Origin: Anaerolineae bacterium
Lineage (GTDB): Bacteria > Chloroflexota > Anaerolineae > UBA1429
NCBI GenBank assembly: GCA_040767425.1
Contig: JAXGON010000003.1
Coordinates: forward strand, 22,440 to 86,439
DNA length: 64,000 bases
Reading direction: 5' to 3'
A program made the position numbers and the translations under genes. Positions 1-9,608 of this stretch are shown one piece after another. The first letter of the stretch is position 1, and every line of letters begins with the position of its first letter. The notes beneath the pieces are model-generated. The model was not told the DNA's origin, made no database searches, and saw only the letters and a list, made by a program, of their open reading frames with translations.

Positions 1-801
1 AGCCGCGGTTGCCCTGGGCACTGCCGTTTTTGCATCAAGCATGTCTCCTACGGCGAGTCGGTTCGCTTCCGCTCACCAGAGCACGTCCTGGCCGAGATCG
101 AGCAGATTACCCGTTTGGGCGTGCGCGACGTCCATATGTACGCTGACCTGTTCACGGTGAGCCGCGAGCACGTCATGGGGATATGCGAGGGCTTGCAGCG
201 CCTGGAGCGGCCGATCCGCTGGACCTGCAACAGCCGCGTGGACTTTTGCGACCAAGAGATGCTTCAGACCATGGCCCGCGCCGGGTGCTGGATGATCTCA
301 TGGGGCATCGAATCCGGCGACCCGGACATGCTTCGTCGCATGCGCAAGGGCACCACCCTGGAGGCGATCGAGCAGGCCGTCCGGTGGTCGCGAGAAGCCG
401 GCATCAAGAACTGGGGCTACTTTATCATCGGTCTCCCCGGCGAGACCGAAGCGTCCATCCGACGCACCATCGACCTGGCCAAGCGACTCCCGCTGGACCT
501 GGCCCTCTTTCATATCGCCGCGCCGCATCCGGGCACGCCCTTCTTTTTCGAGGTAGTGGAGAACGGTTGGTTTCGACCGGGAACTCAGTGGGAGGCCGTG
601 GACATGGACCGCTCCACCGTCCTCGACTATCCCAACCTATCGGCCGAGGAGCTGGTTCAGTGGGCCCAACGCGCCTTTCGCGAATGGGCGCTGCGTCCCG
701 GTCCGCTCTGGACCTATCTCAAGATGGTGGCAACCAGCCCATCTTTGTGGCGGACCGCCGCCGAGATCGGGTTAGAGAGCCTGGGCTGGGCCAAGGGATG
801 A
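1..801 (+). CDS. Radical SAM domain protein (B12-binding radical SAM type), 5'-truncated at the window edge.
   Basis: Frame 1 reads through from base 1 (..CPGHCRFCIKHVSYGE..) and contains the C-x3-C-x2-C-like radical SAM cysteine motif. It continues as the 228-aa ORF ending at TGA 799-801, with no start codon inside the window. Confidence 0.75.
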   Translation, partial: SRGCPGHCRFCIKHVSYGESVRFRSPEHVLAEIEQITRLGVRDVHMYADLFTVSREHVMGICEGLQRLERPIRWTCNSRVDFCDQEMLQTMARAGCWMISWGIESGDPDMLRRMRKGTTLEAIEQAVRWSREAGIKNWGYFIIGLPGETEASIRRTIDLAKRLPLDLALFHIAAPHPGTPFFFEVVENGWFRPGTQWEAVDMDRSTVLDYPNLSAEELVQWAQRAFREWALRPGPLWTYLKMVATSPSLWRTAAEIGLESLGWAKG

Positions 802-2735
802 TGGTGCCGACCATGGGTGAGCAGATGACGGCAAAGCGATGGGCGGCGGCTCTGGAGCGAACCGAGCTTTGCTTGGCGCTGCTGGCCGTCGGGCTGGCGT
901 TTGCCGCCGGCGAGCGCATCCCGCAGATGGCCGCTGTGCTGGGACCCACTCTGGTGGCGCTGCTGGGCCTTTTGTGGGGGGCGGGCTGGATGCTCAACGG
1001 CACCCGTCCCCGCATCCCCCCACTCACCGTGCCGGTGCTTCTGTTTCTACTCTCGGCGGGCATCGGGCTCTGGGCCAGCTATGACCGCGAAACGGCGTGG
1101 CCCATCTTTGGCCTGATCCTCTGTGGCACCGGCCTCTTCTGGGCCGCGGCGCGGAGCGCAACCCCCACCCGGCTCTATGCTGTGCTGGCGGCTATGGGGC
1201 TGCTGACGACCTGCCTGGCGATCGGGTTCCTGGCGGGCGACCCCTGGGCCACCCATGACGTCAAGGTGCCTTTGCTGGCAGACTTCGGGAGCCGCGTGGC
1301 ACGCTATTTTCCGAGGCCCGTCGCTGCGACCATGAACCCCAACTGGGCCGGCGGCCTGTTGGCGGCGTCGCTGCCCTGGTTCGTGCCCCTGCTGGCTTTG
1401 GAGCCAGGCCCACTCGCCAACCGACCCCGTCTACGCTGGATGCGCTGGCCACTGGTGGTGGGTTGGAGCCTAGGCATCGGCATCGTCATGCTTGGTCTGG
1501 TGGTGAGCGCGTCGCGGGGAGCTTGGCTGGCGACGTTGGCTACCGGATCAGCGTGGGCCATCTGGCGCCTCTCCCGCAAGCACAACCTGAAACACCGTCT
1601 GGGCATGTTGGGGCTGGCCGGCGGCATCGTCGCACTCGCGGCGGTCGGGGTCGGCAGCCTTATCTGGACCCGCCAGTGGCCCGGGGCGCAGGCTCTGGCT
1701 AGCCGCGTCGCGATTTACCGGTTTCTGCCGACACTGGCCCGCGACTATGCCTATACCGGGGCTGGCCTGACCGGCTTTGACATGCAGTTCTCGACCTATG
1801 CTCTGCTGATCCACGTCGGCTACCTGACCTACGGCCACACCATGCTGCTGGACATCCTGATCGCCCAGGGCATCCTTGGCTTGGCAAGCTATGCCGCCGC
1901 GGTGATTGGTAGCGTGCTCCTCGCCAGCCGCGTCATACGGCAGACGCGCGAACCGCTGGCGCTGGCGGCCGAGGCAGCCTTGGCCAGCCTCACCATTCTC
2001 CTGCTGCACAGCCTGGTCGATGATGTCTTTTACCAGGGCCGCGGGCTGCTGCTGCTCTGGGTGCCGATGGCCACGCTGGCCGCGCTCTCTAGCATGGCCG
2101 GGCCGGTGGGATCGCCGACCCCGATGGTAGCCCCGTCTCGCGTGGGTCAGATGGCCCTCCTGGCGGTGGGCGTGGTCGTGATGGCGTTCCTGGGCATGCG
2201 ATGGCGATCGATCCTGGCCGGCATCCACGCCAACCTAGGCGCCGTGGCCCAGGCCAAGGTCGAGCTGGCGGCCTACGATCCCGAGGCCCGCCCCTGGCTT
2301 AGCTTGGACGCGATTCGCAACGAGGAGGATCTTGGCCCGGCGATCGAGCAGTTTGAGCGTGCCCTAGCTTACGACTCCGCGCAGCTCACCGCGCGCCAGC
2401 GGTTGGCTGGCATCCACTTGGCAAGGGGCCAGGCCGCCCAAGCCCGCACCCATATGGATCAAACCTGGCAGGCTGGACATCGCGATCCGACCACCCGGCT
2501 GCTCTACGGCGACGCGTTGGTTGCCACGGGTGACGCCGTTGGGGCCGCCCAGGCGATCGGCGGCCAGCCTCGAGCGGCCGACCGCCTGCTGCTCCAGGCG
2601 TGGGATCGCTATTGGGAACAGGAGCGGTGGCAGGAGGCCCATGCCGCCTGGGAGGCCGTCCTGTTGATCGAGCCCAAGCACCAGCACGCGGCCTACTGGG
2701 CCGACCAGGCGCGCCAGCGGTTGGCGACGCCATGA
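798..2735 (+). CDS. O-antigen ligase (WaaL/Wzy-like) family polytopic membrane protein with a C-terminal TPR-like region.
   Basis: The 850-aa ORF begins as off-frame Arg/Pro-rich overlap with the upstream gene. The plausible start is ATG 798, an ATGA overlap with the upstream stop. The product has about 10 predicted TM helices, an O-antigen ligase-like core (..WAGGLLAASLPW.., ..SRGAWLA..) and a C-terminal helical-repeat (TPR-like) tail. Confidence 0.65.
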   Translation: MMVPTMGEQMTAKRWAAALERTELCLALLAVGLAFAAGERIPQMAAVLGPTLVALLGLLWGAGWMLNGTRPRIPPLTVPVLLFLLSAGIGLWASYDRETAWPIFGLILCGTGLFWAAARSATPTRLYAVLAAMGLLTTCLAIGFLAGDPWATHDVKVPLLADFGSRVARYFPRPVAATMNPNWAGGLLAASLPWFVPLLALEPGPLANRPRLRWMRWPLVVGWSLGIGIVMLGLVVSASRGAWLATLATGSAWAIWRLSRKHNLKHRLGMLGLAGGIVALAAVGVGSLIWTRQWPGAQALASRVAIYRFLPTLARDYAYTGAGLTGFDMQFSTYALLIHVGYLTYGHTMLLDILIAQGILGLASYAAAVIGSVLLASRVIRQTREPLALAAEAALASLTILLLHSLVDDVFYQGRGLLLLWVPMATLAALSSMAGPVGSPTPMVAPSRVGQMALLAVGVVVMAFLGMRWRSILAGIHANLGAVAQAKVELAAYDPEARPWLSLDAIRNEEDLGPAIEQFERALAYDSAQLTARQRLAGIHLARGQAAQARTHMDQTWQAGHRDPTTRLLYGDALVATGDAVGAAQAIGGQPRAADRLLLQAWDRYWEQERWQEAHAAWEAVLLIEPKHQHAAYWADQARQRLATP

Positions 2736-2748
2736 TAGCAGGTACACC

Positions 2749-5490
2749 GTGAACCCACAGGCTCCCCCTCGAAAGTGGCCTCAAAGCGATACGCGACGCT
2801 GGAAAGCGACCGCTCTCCTCATCATCCTGCTTGCCGCCCTCGCCGCACCAGTCCAGGGCCAAGCGCCCGCTCAGGAGTGGTCCTTTACCACCAACCTGTC
2901 GCGCTCGGGCTCGGCAGCCGATCCGGTCTTGGTGTTGGGGCCCGAAGGAACCATGCAAGCCTTCTGGTGGGATCGTTTCGACGGGCTGATGACGGCCGCT
3001 ATGGACGGGATCGCCTGGCAGGCGGCCACTCCTGCCAACCTGTTGGTTCCCGATCCCAGAGCCATCGCACCGGTGAATGTTGAGGAGCCGCCTGCCCTCA
3101 TCCCCATCGGCATGATGCCACAGATGGTGGCCGATGGCCAAGGGAACGTACACGCCTTTTGGCTGGTCGAGCGCGGCGGATTCGCCGCCCGCACGACCGA
3201 CCCTGTGCCGGCAGCCCCCTCGCTGGCCCACGCCAGTTCGCCCATGGGAGCGTTGGAATGGTCGCAAGCGGAGCTTCTCGTCGAAGGCGCCTTGACCTGG
3301 CGAGTCTTTGCGGATCCCGACGGCGGCCTGCACCTGGCCTATATTCGGACTCTGCACAGCGAGGATCAGCCGGCCGGAGTTTACTACACCCGGCTGGATG
3401 GCGAAACGCTCCAGTGGGAGACGCCACGCCTGGCTCAAGCCAGCATCTATGCCCGGCTGCTCAGCGCCGATGAGGCGCGAGTGGCGGGTGTGGCCAATGG
3501 GACTGGGACGGTGGTACTGGCCTGGTGCGACCCTCGGATGGGAGAGCCGACCTATCTTTGCTCCAGTGACAGCGGCGAGACATGGCGCACCGCCGCTGCT
3601 CCCCTGGAGCATGCCAGCCATCCAGCCCTGGCCTATCTCGGCCCCGGCCGCCTGGTTGCCATCTGGCAGGTAGGGCTCAGCGACAACCAGGTCTCTCATT
3701 ACCAGCAGGTCTCGACCGACGCCGGGCTAACCTGGGGCGAACCGAGGTGGGTTCCCCGCGAGGCCGCCCGCTATGGCGCGCCAGCGCTCCGCCAAGCGGG
3801 GTGGGCTGGCGATGCGTGGCTCGTCTCTGGCGAGGGTGGACCCTATCTTTCGCTCTGTCGCTGGCGCCCCGATCCGTCAGCCGATGCAGGCCAGGGTGAA
3901 TGGTCGTTGGCCAACACGGTGGCCATCAACATCCACGATATCGAGACCGAGCGGACCGTCTCGCTGGAAGAACTCCAGATGGCGGTAGACGACCACTGGC
4001 TGCACGTGGTCGGACGGGGCCAGGATGGCGAGGTGTGGGCCATGCGGCGCGAGACCAGCGGCATCGCCTGGGCATTCTCCTCCGATACTCCTTGGACCGA
4101 ACCGCTCGCCATCTGGGAGGACAATGCGGGAGCCGACATGCCGGCCTTGGTAGGCGACGCCGACGGCACGGTCCACGCCTGGTGGATCGCCGCGGCCGAC
4201 GTGGGGCGATCCGGCGTCGCTCTCTGGTACGCGCAGCGAACGGGAGACGAGTGGTCACCCGCCGCCGCCATCTTTGCCCTAGAGGAGCAGGCCCAGCATC
4301 CCACGGCGACGTTGGTCGAGGGCCGCGTGCATCTGCTGTGGACCTCGGGACGGGTCGGCACCATCGGGCATAGCAGCGTCTTTCAGGATCGGGCCGCGAC
4401 GGCCTCCGAATGGACGACGGTCCGACGGCTGCCCCTGCCCACCGAGGCTGGCGGAGCATCCTCTCCCCAGCTAGTAGCCGACGGCGAGGGCGGACTACAT
4501 GCAATCTACTCCGTCCCCCTCAACGAGAGCCGCGGCATCTACTATGTGCACTCGGAAGATGGAGGCAGCAGTTGGTCCGATCCAATCGCAGTGGTCCACG
4601 CCGCCGAGGCGGGCTGGCCCAGCGTGGATACGCCCGATCTGGCCATCGCAGGGGACGGCTCGCTGTGGGCAACCTGGATCAAGGTGCCGTTGACCGACGG
4701 GCACGGCGAGGCCGTCTACCTGGCGCGCTCTACCGACGGCGGCGCCACTTGGTCGCCGCCCTTGCTGGTCTTCGAGGGGCCGTGTTCGGAGCCACGCCTG
4801 GCCCTCTCGGGCCCAGCGGACCTCCATCTCTTCTGGGTCGATGAAACCGATGCGCGGGTCTGGTCCTACCGCCAATCGGCCGACGGCGGGGCCACCTGGA
4901 CCCCCATCGAGACGGTGCCCGGCATGAGCGGCCTTCGTGGCTCGCCCGACCTGGCCTATGATGCCGGTGGCTTCGTTTACTTGATGGGCGTCAGCTACGA
5001 GGCCAGCGATGGCTGGTTGATGCGACATGCCTCGTGGGACGCGGACAGCTCGGCATGGTCCGACGTAGGGCGGTTTCGGCTCAGTGCCCTATACCAACCC
5101 CGCGGAGGCGTCTCTTTGGCCCTGTTGCCAGAGCGCGGTCAGCTGCACGCCCTGCTGACAGCCAAGAGCCCCGATGCTAATGCCGAGCCAGCTCTGCTCC
5201 ATGCCTACCGGGCTGTCACACCCACCGAGCCGTACCGCCCCGTCGTCGTTCGCTCAGTGGCGAGCGAGATCGAGCCGGCCGAATCGACAGAACCTGCGCC
5301 CCCACCCACCGCCTGGGTGGCCATCGAACCGGCCCCCGCCGCCGCGTCGGGCATCTCCCTGGGGCCGTTCTTCCTGCCGATGACCGGCGTGTTGGGCATT
5401 GTGGTAGCGGCGGTGATAGTCCTGGTAGTTGCCCTGGTTCACAGCCTGCGGCCTGGCCGGCACTGGCGGTCTTGGACGCGGTCGCGATGA
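2749..5490 (+). CDS. Secreted, C-terminally membrane-anchored BNR/Asp-box repeat protein (sialidase/glycoside-hydrolase-like).
   Basis: GTG start; signal peptide (..ALLIILLAALAAPVQG/QA). It carries multiple Asp-box motifs (SSDSGETW, STDAGLTW, SEDGGSSW, STDGGATW, SADGGATW), a Pro/Glu-rich linker and a C-terminal TM helix (GVLGIVVAAVIVLVVALV). Confidence 0.7.
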   Translation: MNPQAPPRKWPQSDTRRWKATALLIILLAALAAPVQGQAPAQEWSFTTNLSRSGSAADPVLVLGPEGTMQAFWWDRFDGLMTAAMDGIAWQAATPANLLVPDPRAIAPVNVEEPPALIPIGMMPQMVADGQGNVHAFWLVERGGFAARTTDPVPAAPSLAHASSPMGALEWSQAELLVEGALTWRVFADPDGGLHLAYIRTLHSEDQPAGVYYTRLDGETLQWETPRLAQASIYARLLSADEARVAGVANGTGTVVLAWCDPRMGEPTYLCSSDSGETWRTAAAPLEHASHPALAYLGPGRLVAIWQVGLSDNQVSHYQQVSTDAGLTWGEPRWVPREAARYGAPALRQAGWAGDAWLVSGEGGPYLSLCRWRPDPSADAGQGEWSLANTVAINIHDIETERTVSLEELQMAVDDHWLHVVGRGQDGEVWAMRRETSGIAWAFSSDTPWTEPLAIWEDNAGADMPALVGDADGTVHAWWIAAADVGRSGVALWYAQRTGDEWSPAAAIFALEEQAQHPTATLVEGRVHLLWTSGRVGTIGHSSVFQDRAATASEWTTVRRLPLPTEAGGASSPQLVADGEGGLHAIYSVPLNESRGIYYVHSEDGGSSWSDPIAVVHAAEAGWPSVDTPDLAIAGDGSLWATWIKVPLTDGHGEAVYLARSTDGGATWSPPLLVFEGPCSEPRLALSGPADLHLFWVDETDARVWSYRQSADGGATWTPIETVPGMSGLRGSPDLAYDAGGFVYLMGVSYEASDGWLMRHASWDADSSAWSDVGRFRLSALYQPRGGVSLALLPERGQLHALLTAKSPDANAEPALLHAYRAVTPTEPYRPVVVRSVASEIEPAESTEPAPPPTAWVAIEPAPAAASGISLGPFFLPMTGVLGIVVAAVIVLVVALVHSLRPGRHWRSWTRSR

Positions 5491-7070
5491 CCACATCGAT
5501 TCCTGGAGCGGCGATGGAGAGCATCAGCGCCCGGCAATCCAGCCCGCAGCGGAGCAGGACCACGCGGTCGCTGACGGCGACATGGCGCAAGGTCACCCTG
5601 CTCCTGGCGGCCGTTGGGTTGCTGTCGGCGCCGATCCCTCTGTTGGCCCAGGGAGAGACTGTGGCGGTGGACGCGCCGGCCATTACCTGGTCGGCGCCGA
5701 CCAACCTATCGCAATCCTCGCGCAGCTCAGCCTATCCCACCATCGCGGCGGACCAACGCGGGTGGGTTCACGTCTTTTGGAGCCAGGACATGGTTGGGAT
5801 GCCTATGCGCGAGGGCGACCTGCCCACCATCGGCAACGCTATCGCCTACACTCGTTGGGACGGCCACCGCTGGACCCAGCCAGTCGATGTGGTGTCAGTT
5901 CCTGACGAGGCGCTGGCCGGCTTTCCAGAGGTAGCGCTGGACGCCGACGACAACCTGCACCTGGTGTGGATCGGGCAGAGCACGGTCTACTATAGCCGCG
6001 CCCCAGCCCAGGAAGCCGCCTCCACGCACGCCTGGATCAGCCCAGTGGCGGTGGCGCAAGGCAACCTTCCCCGCACCCATCCGGTCGACGTGGCCGTCGA
6101 CCGGGGCGGGGTGATCCATGTGCTGCTGGCGGATAACAGCTTTGAGGGCGCCGCCCGCAGCACGCGATCGCTGGACGGCGGCGCGTCTTGGCGGCCGCTG
6201 CAGGACATCTCGGCCCCCTCCGACCCGCTAGAAACCGGGGTCGCGCGCGTGCAGCTCGCCGTCGACGCGCTGGACCGTCTACACGCCACCTGGCAGACCA
6301 ACCAGGCCGAAGGGTATGGACAGGCCGTCTACTATGCTCGCAGCGTGGACGGGGGCCAGACCTGGAACACTCCGCAACGCTTTGGCTACCGTGACCCGGG
6401 CGAGATCTTTGTCGAGTACCTCACGCTGGCCAGCCGCGGCAACGACGAGCTGCACTCTTTCTATGTCGATGGAACCGGCATCGGGCGCTGGCATCGTATC
6501 TCCACGGATGGCGGCGAAACGTGGAGCACCGCGCAGCATATCATCACCGACTTGGAGGGGGTGAACGGCTATATGGCGCCGGTGGTGGATGGCGCCGGCC
6601 GGCTTCACCTGATGATCAACATGCGAACCCGCGCCGAGCAGGCGGTAGGCATCTATCACGCCACCTGGCTGGACGGGAACTGGTCGGCCGTCCGGGCGGT
6701 CGATGACAGCAGCCCTGCCGCTCCATCGGCCCACGCCGCCGTAGCCACCGTGCGGCTTGGCTGTGAGATTCATGTAGCCTACGTGCAGCTGGCCGGCGGT
6801 GAGATCTGGCATGTTCGTGGCACCATCTCAGACGTCGAGCCACAGCCAACCATCGGCGCGGCGGCGGGAGCTCTGGCTCCGCTACCCACCGTCGCCGTGC
6901 CTACACCGCCGTTTGACGCCATCGAGCCTACTGCCGTAGCGCGGCTCTCCCTGCCCGCAGAAGCAGAGGCTCCCGGAGGGCGATTGGTCTGGGTAGTGGG
7001 GCTCATGACGGCGGCAGCGTTGGTCGTGGGCGTGTCCTGGCGCCGGCTTGCGGGAGCGCAGAGACGATGA
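5487..7070 (+). CDS. Second BNR/Asp-box repeat protein, a paralog of the upstream gene, with signal peptide and C-terminal TM anchor.
   Basis: ATG 5487 overlaps the upstream stop (ATGA). Asp-boxes SLDGGASW, SVDGGQTW, STDGGETW; signal peptide ..LLLAAVGLLSAPIPLLAQG; C-terminal TM (VWVVGLMTAAALVVGV). It shares N-terminal motifs with the upstream gene (..TNLSQS../..TNLSRS.., ..W.HVFW..). Confidence 0.7.
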   Translation: MTTSIPGAAMESISARQSSPQRSRTTRSLTATWRKVTLLLAAVGLLSAPIPLLAQGETVAVDAPAITWSAPTNLSQSSRSSAYPTIAADQRGWVHVFWSQDMVGMPMREGDLPTIGNAIAYTRWDGHRWTQPVDVVSVPDEALAGFPEVALDADDNLHLVWIGQSTVYYSRAPAQEAASTHAWISPVAVAQGNLPRTHPVDVAVDRGGVIHVLLADNSFEGAARSTRSLDGGASWRPLQDISAPSDPLETGVARVQLAVDALDRLHATWQTNQAEGYGQAVYYARSVDGGQTWNTPQRFGYRDPGEIFVEYLTLASRGNDELHSFYVDGTGIGRWHRISTDGGETWSTAQHIITDLEGVNGYMAPVVDGAGRLHLMINMRTRAEQAVGIYHATWLDGNWSAVRAVDDSSPAAPSAHAAVATVRLGCEIHVAYVQLAGGEIWHVRGTISDVEPQPTIGAAAGALAPLPTVAVPTPPFDAIEPTAVARLSLPAEAEAPGGRLVWVVGLMTAAALVVGVSWRRLAGAQRR

Positions 7071-7104
7071 CGACCGCTAAGGCGCAACTGCCGAAAGGGG
7101 GCGC

Positions 7105-8409
7105 ATGCGCATCCTGTTCGTGACCAGCCACTATGCTCCATCGCCGCATGGCGGGGGGTATGGCCAACTCTGCGAAGAGGTGGCCAATGGCCTGCATGCC
7201 CGCGGCCATCAGGTGGCGGTGCTCACCAGCACCTATGGCGCACAGGATGGTGATCTACACCCGTACCCGGTCATGCGACGCCTGTCCATCGATCCCGACT
7301 GGCACAGTGCTCGCAGCGCGGCCTGGCAGTTCTGGCTGCAGCGACGCGGTCGAGAGCGACGAGCCCTCGGCGCCCTGCGTGACGTTGTTGCCTCCTTCTA
7401 TCCGGACGCCATCTACGTCTGGGATGCCGTCGGCCTGCCCCGCGAGCTGCTCCGCGAGGCCGAGGACAGATCCGGCGTGCCAACCGCCTACTACCTCGCC
7501 AACTATGCGCCCGAGTTGGCGGACGAGTACCAGGCCTACTGGCAGGCCGCCCCGAGCTCTCCCCTGGCTCGCCTGCTGAAGCGGCCCGTTGCTTCTCTGG
7601 CCCTGGCTGCCCTGCGACGCGAAGGCAAGCCGGTGCCAGTCCGCTACCAAGAGACCGCCTGTGTCAGCGACTATGTGCGGCAGCGACTGCACGCTCAAGG
7701 TCTCATCGGGGCCGGCTCGGTGGTGATCCACAATGGTGTCGACCTGGCGGCCTTTGGCCGATCCGACGGTGGGGAGACATCCGCCCTAACGCGGCCGCTG
7801 CGCTGCCTGGTGGCTGGCCGAGTGGACCCGGAAAAGGGTGTTCATACGGTGGTACAAGCCCTCGGCCTGCTGGCGCAGCATCACGCCCCGCACCTAGCCA
7901 CCTTGACCATCCTCGGCGATGGGCCAGCGGCCTATGGCGCGTCTCTGCGCAGAGCCGTGAGCCTCCAGGGGATGGACGCCATCGTGCAGCTCCGCCCCGG
8001 GATCCCCCGCGCCCAGATGCCCAGCATCCTTGAGGGACACGATACCCTGATCCTCGCTTCCGAGTACGCCGAGCCGCTGGCTCGGGCGGCCCAAGAGGCC
8101 ATGGCCATGGGGCTCCTAGTGGTGGGCACCATCACCGGCGGCAGTGGCGAGCTGTTGGTCCACGAGCAGACCGGTCTGGCCTTTGACGCTGGAGACCCTG
8201 CCTCATTGGCCCAGCAGATCGAGCGAGCCGCAAAGAACCCCGAGCTAGCCCGCCGCCTGGCAAGGGCGGGCAGAGACGCCGTGCGTGAGCGGTTCGATAT
8301 CGGCCGCACGGTGCTTGAGACCGAGCGCTACCTGCAAGACCTGGTGGACGGCAAGCCGGCTGTTGATGTCGCTGGTACCCACAACGACACGCCCAGCGAG
8401 GCAGCATGA
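7105..8409 (+). CDS. Glycosyltransferase family 4 (GT4, GT-B fold).
   Basis: N-terminus MRILFVTSHYAPSPHGGGYG is typical of GT4. The C-terminal half contains a sugar-donor binding E-x7-E-like region. RBS AAAGGGGG at 7094-7101. Confidence 0.85.
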   Translation: MRILFVTSHYAPSPHGGGYGQLCEEVANGLHARGHQVAVLTSTYGAQDGDLHPYPVMRRLSIDPDWHSARSAAWQFWLQRRGRERRALGALRDVVASFYPDAIYVWDAVGLPRELLREAEDRSGVPTAYYLANYAPELADEYQAYWQAAPSSPLARLLKRPVASLALAALRREGKPVPVRYQETACVSDYVRQRLHAQGLIGAGSVVIHNGVDLAAFGRSDGGETSALTRPLRCLVAGRVDPEKGVHTVVQALGLLAQHHAPHLATLTILGDGPAAYGASLRRAVSLQGMDAIVQLRPGIPRAQMPSILEGHDTLILASEYAEPLARAAQEAMAMGLLVVGTITGGSGELLVHEQTGLAFDAGDPASLAQQIERAAKNPELARRLARAGRDAVRERFDIGRTVLETERYLQDLVDGKPAVDVAGTHNDTPSEAA

Positions 8410-9608
8410 GAATCTTGGCGGTCTGCACCTGGTGTCCCTACCCACCCAACAACGGGTCACGCATTCGCACGTACCATCTCCTTCGGGCGCTAGCCCGCCA
8501 GCACGAAGTCGATGCGGTGGCGTTCTGCCCCGATGACGACCCATCCCGGTGGCCCACGCCCATCCCAGGCCTGGAGCGCGTTCACCTGGATCCCGTGGCC
8601 GATGACCCGTTCCGGTATGTTTCGGCGCCCAGTTGGGTCAAGTTCGTCTCACCCGTGCCGCTCTGCTTTGTCCCCAGCCGCCGGTTCGGGCGGGCGGCGC
8701 GCCAACGTGCGCACCGCCCGTATGACGCCGTGGTGGCGATGAACACGCCAGCGGCATGGCCCGCCCTTCGCGCCGCCAAGGCCGCGCGCGTGCTGGACGT
8801 GGATTCGGCCCTGTGCTTTTTGATGCGCGATCGGCATCTGCAGGGCGAGGATGGCCGCCTGCGCACCCGCATCAGTTGGTGGAAGGCTGAACAAGCCGAG
8901 GGCTGGTTGATGCAGCGCTTTGATACCTGCACCTTTACCACCATACGAGAGGCCGACTTTATGCGCCATGTGGTGCGCCATAGCGACTGCCAGGTGCGCG
9001 TCATCCCCAACGGTGTCGACTGCGACCATTACCGCCCGTCGAACGCCCCACGGGTGCCCGCCCAACTGATCTATACTGGAGCGCTGACGTATAGCGCCAA
9101 CTATGACGCCATGCGCCATTTTACCGATAGCATCTACCCGCTAATCCGCGATAAAGAGCCTGAGGCGTCCTTGGTGATCACGGGCTCACACAAGGGCGTG
9201 GACCTGTCGCGGCTTTCCCTGGATTCCAGCGTGCGCCTGACCGGCTATGTGGACGATGTCCGCCCATGGGTGCAAGCGAGCCGCGTATGCGTCGTTCCGC
9301 TGCGTCAAGGCGGTGGCACCAGAATAAAGATCCTCGAGGCCATGGCGTTGGGCACTCCAGTGGTTGCCACGTCCAAAGGGATGGAGGGGCTGGACGTCAT
9401 CGCCGAAGAGCACCTCTTGGTGGCGGACGAGCCGGCCGACTTTGCCCGGCAGACGGTGCGCCTGCTGCGCGACGACGCCCTGGCCCAAGGCCTCGCCGAG
9501 CGGGCGCGCCAGCTAGTCGTTGAGCGCTATGAGTGGCGTGCCATCGGCCACGACTTTGTTGACCTGGTGGAAGAGGCGGTGGGGCGGCATCAGAGGGGAT
9601 CGGCATGA
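8406..9608 (+). CDS. Glycosyltransferase family 4 (GT4).
   Basis: MRILAVCTWCPYPPNNGSRIRTYHLLRALA.. N-terminus and GT-B C-terminal domain (..EGLDVIAEEHLLV..). ATG 8406 overlaps the upstream stop (ATGA). Confidence 0.8.
   Translation: MRILAVCTWCPYPPNNGSRIRTYHLLRALARQHEVDAVAFCPDDDPSRWPTPIPGLERVHLDPVADDPFRYVSAPSWVKFVSPVPLCFVPSRRFGRAARQRAHRPYDAVVAMNTPAAWPALRAAKAARVLDVDSALCFLMRDRHLQGEDGRLRTRISWWKAEQAEGWLMQRFDTCTFTTIREADFMRHVVRHSDCQVRVIPNGVDCDHYRPSNAPRVPAQLIYTGALTYSANYDAMRHFTDSIYPLIRDKEPEASLVITGSHKGVDLSRLSLDSSVRLTGYVDDVRPWVQASRVCVVPLRQGGGTRIKILEAMALGTPVVATSKGMEGLDVIAEEHLLVADEPADFARQTVRLLRDDALAQGLAERARQLVVERYEWRAIGHDFVDLVEEAVGRHQRGSA

Noticed and set aside
183-797. 5' part of the 850-aa ORF (Arg/Pro/Gly-rich, ..RGLLRPRDASDHGPRR..)
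   Set aside because: It is an off-frame read-through of the radical SAM gene, with low-complexity composition typical of alternative frames in high-GC DNA. The real start is taken at ATG 798.
2386-3699. 437-aa minus-strand ORF
   Set aside because: Antisense to the ligase-like and BNR genes, with Arg/Pro-rich composition.
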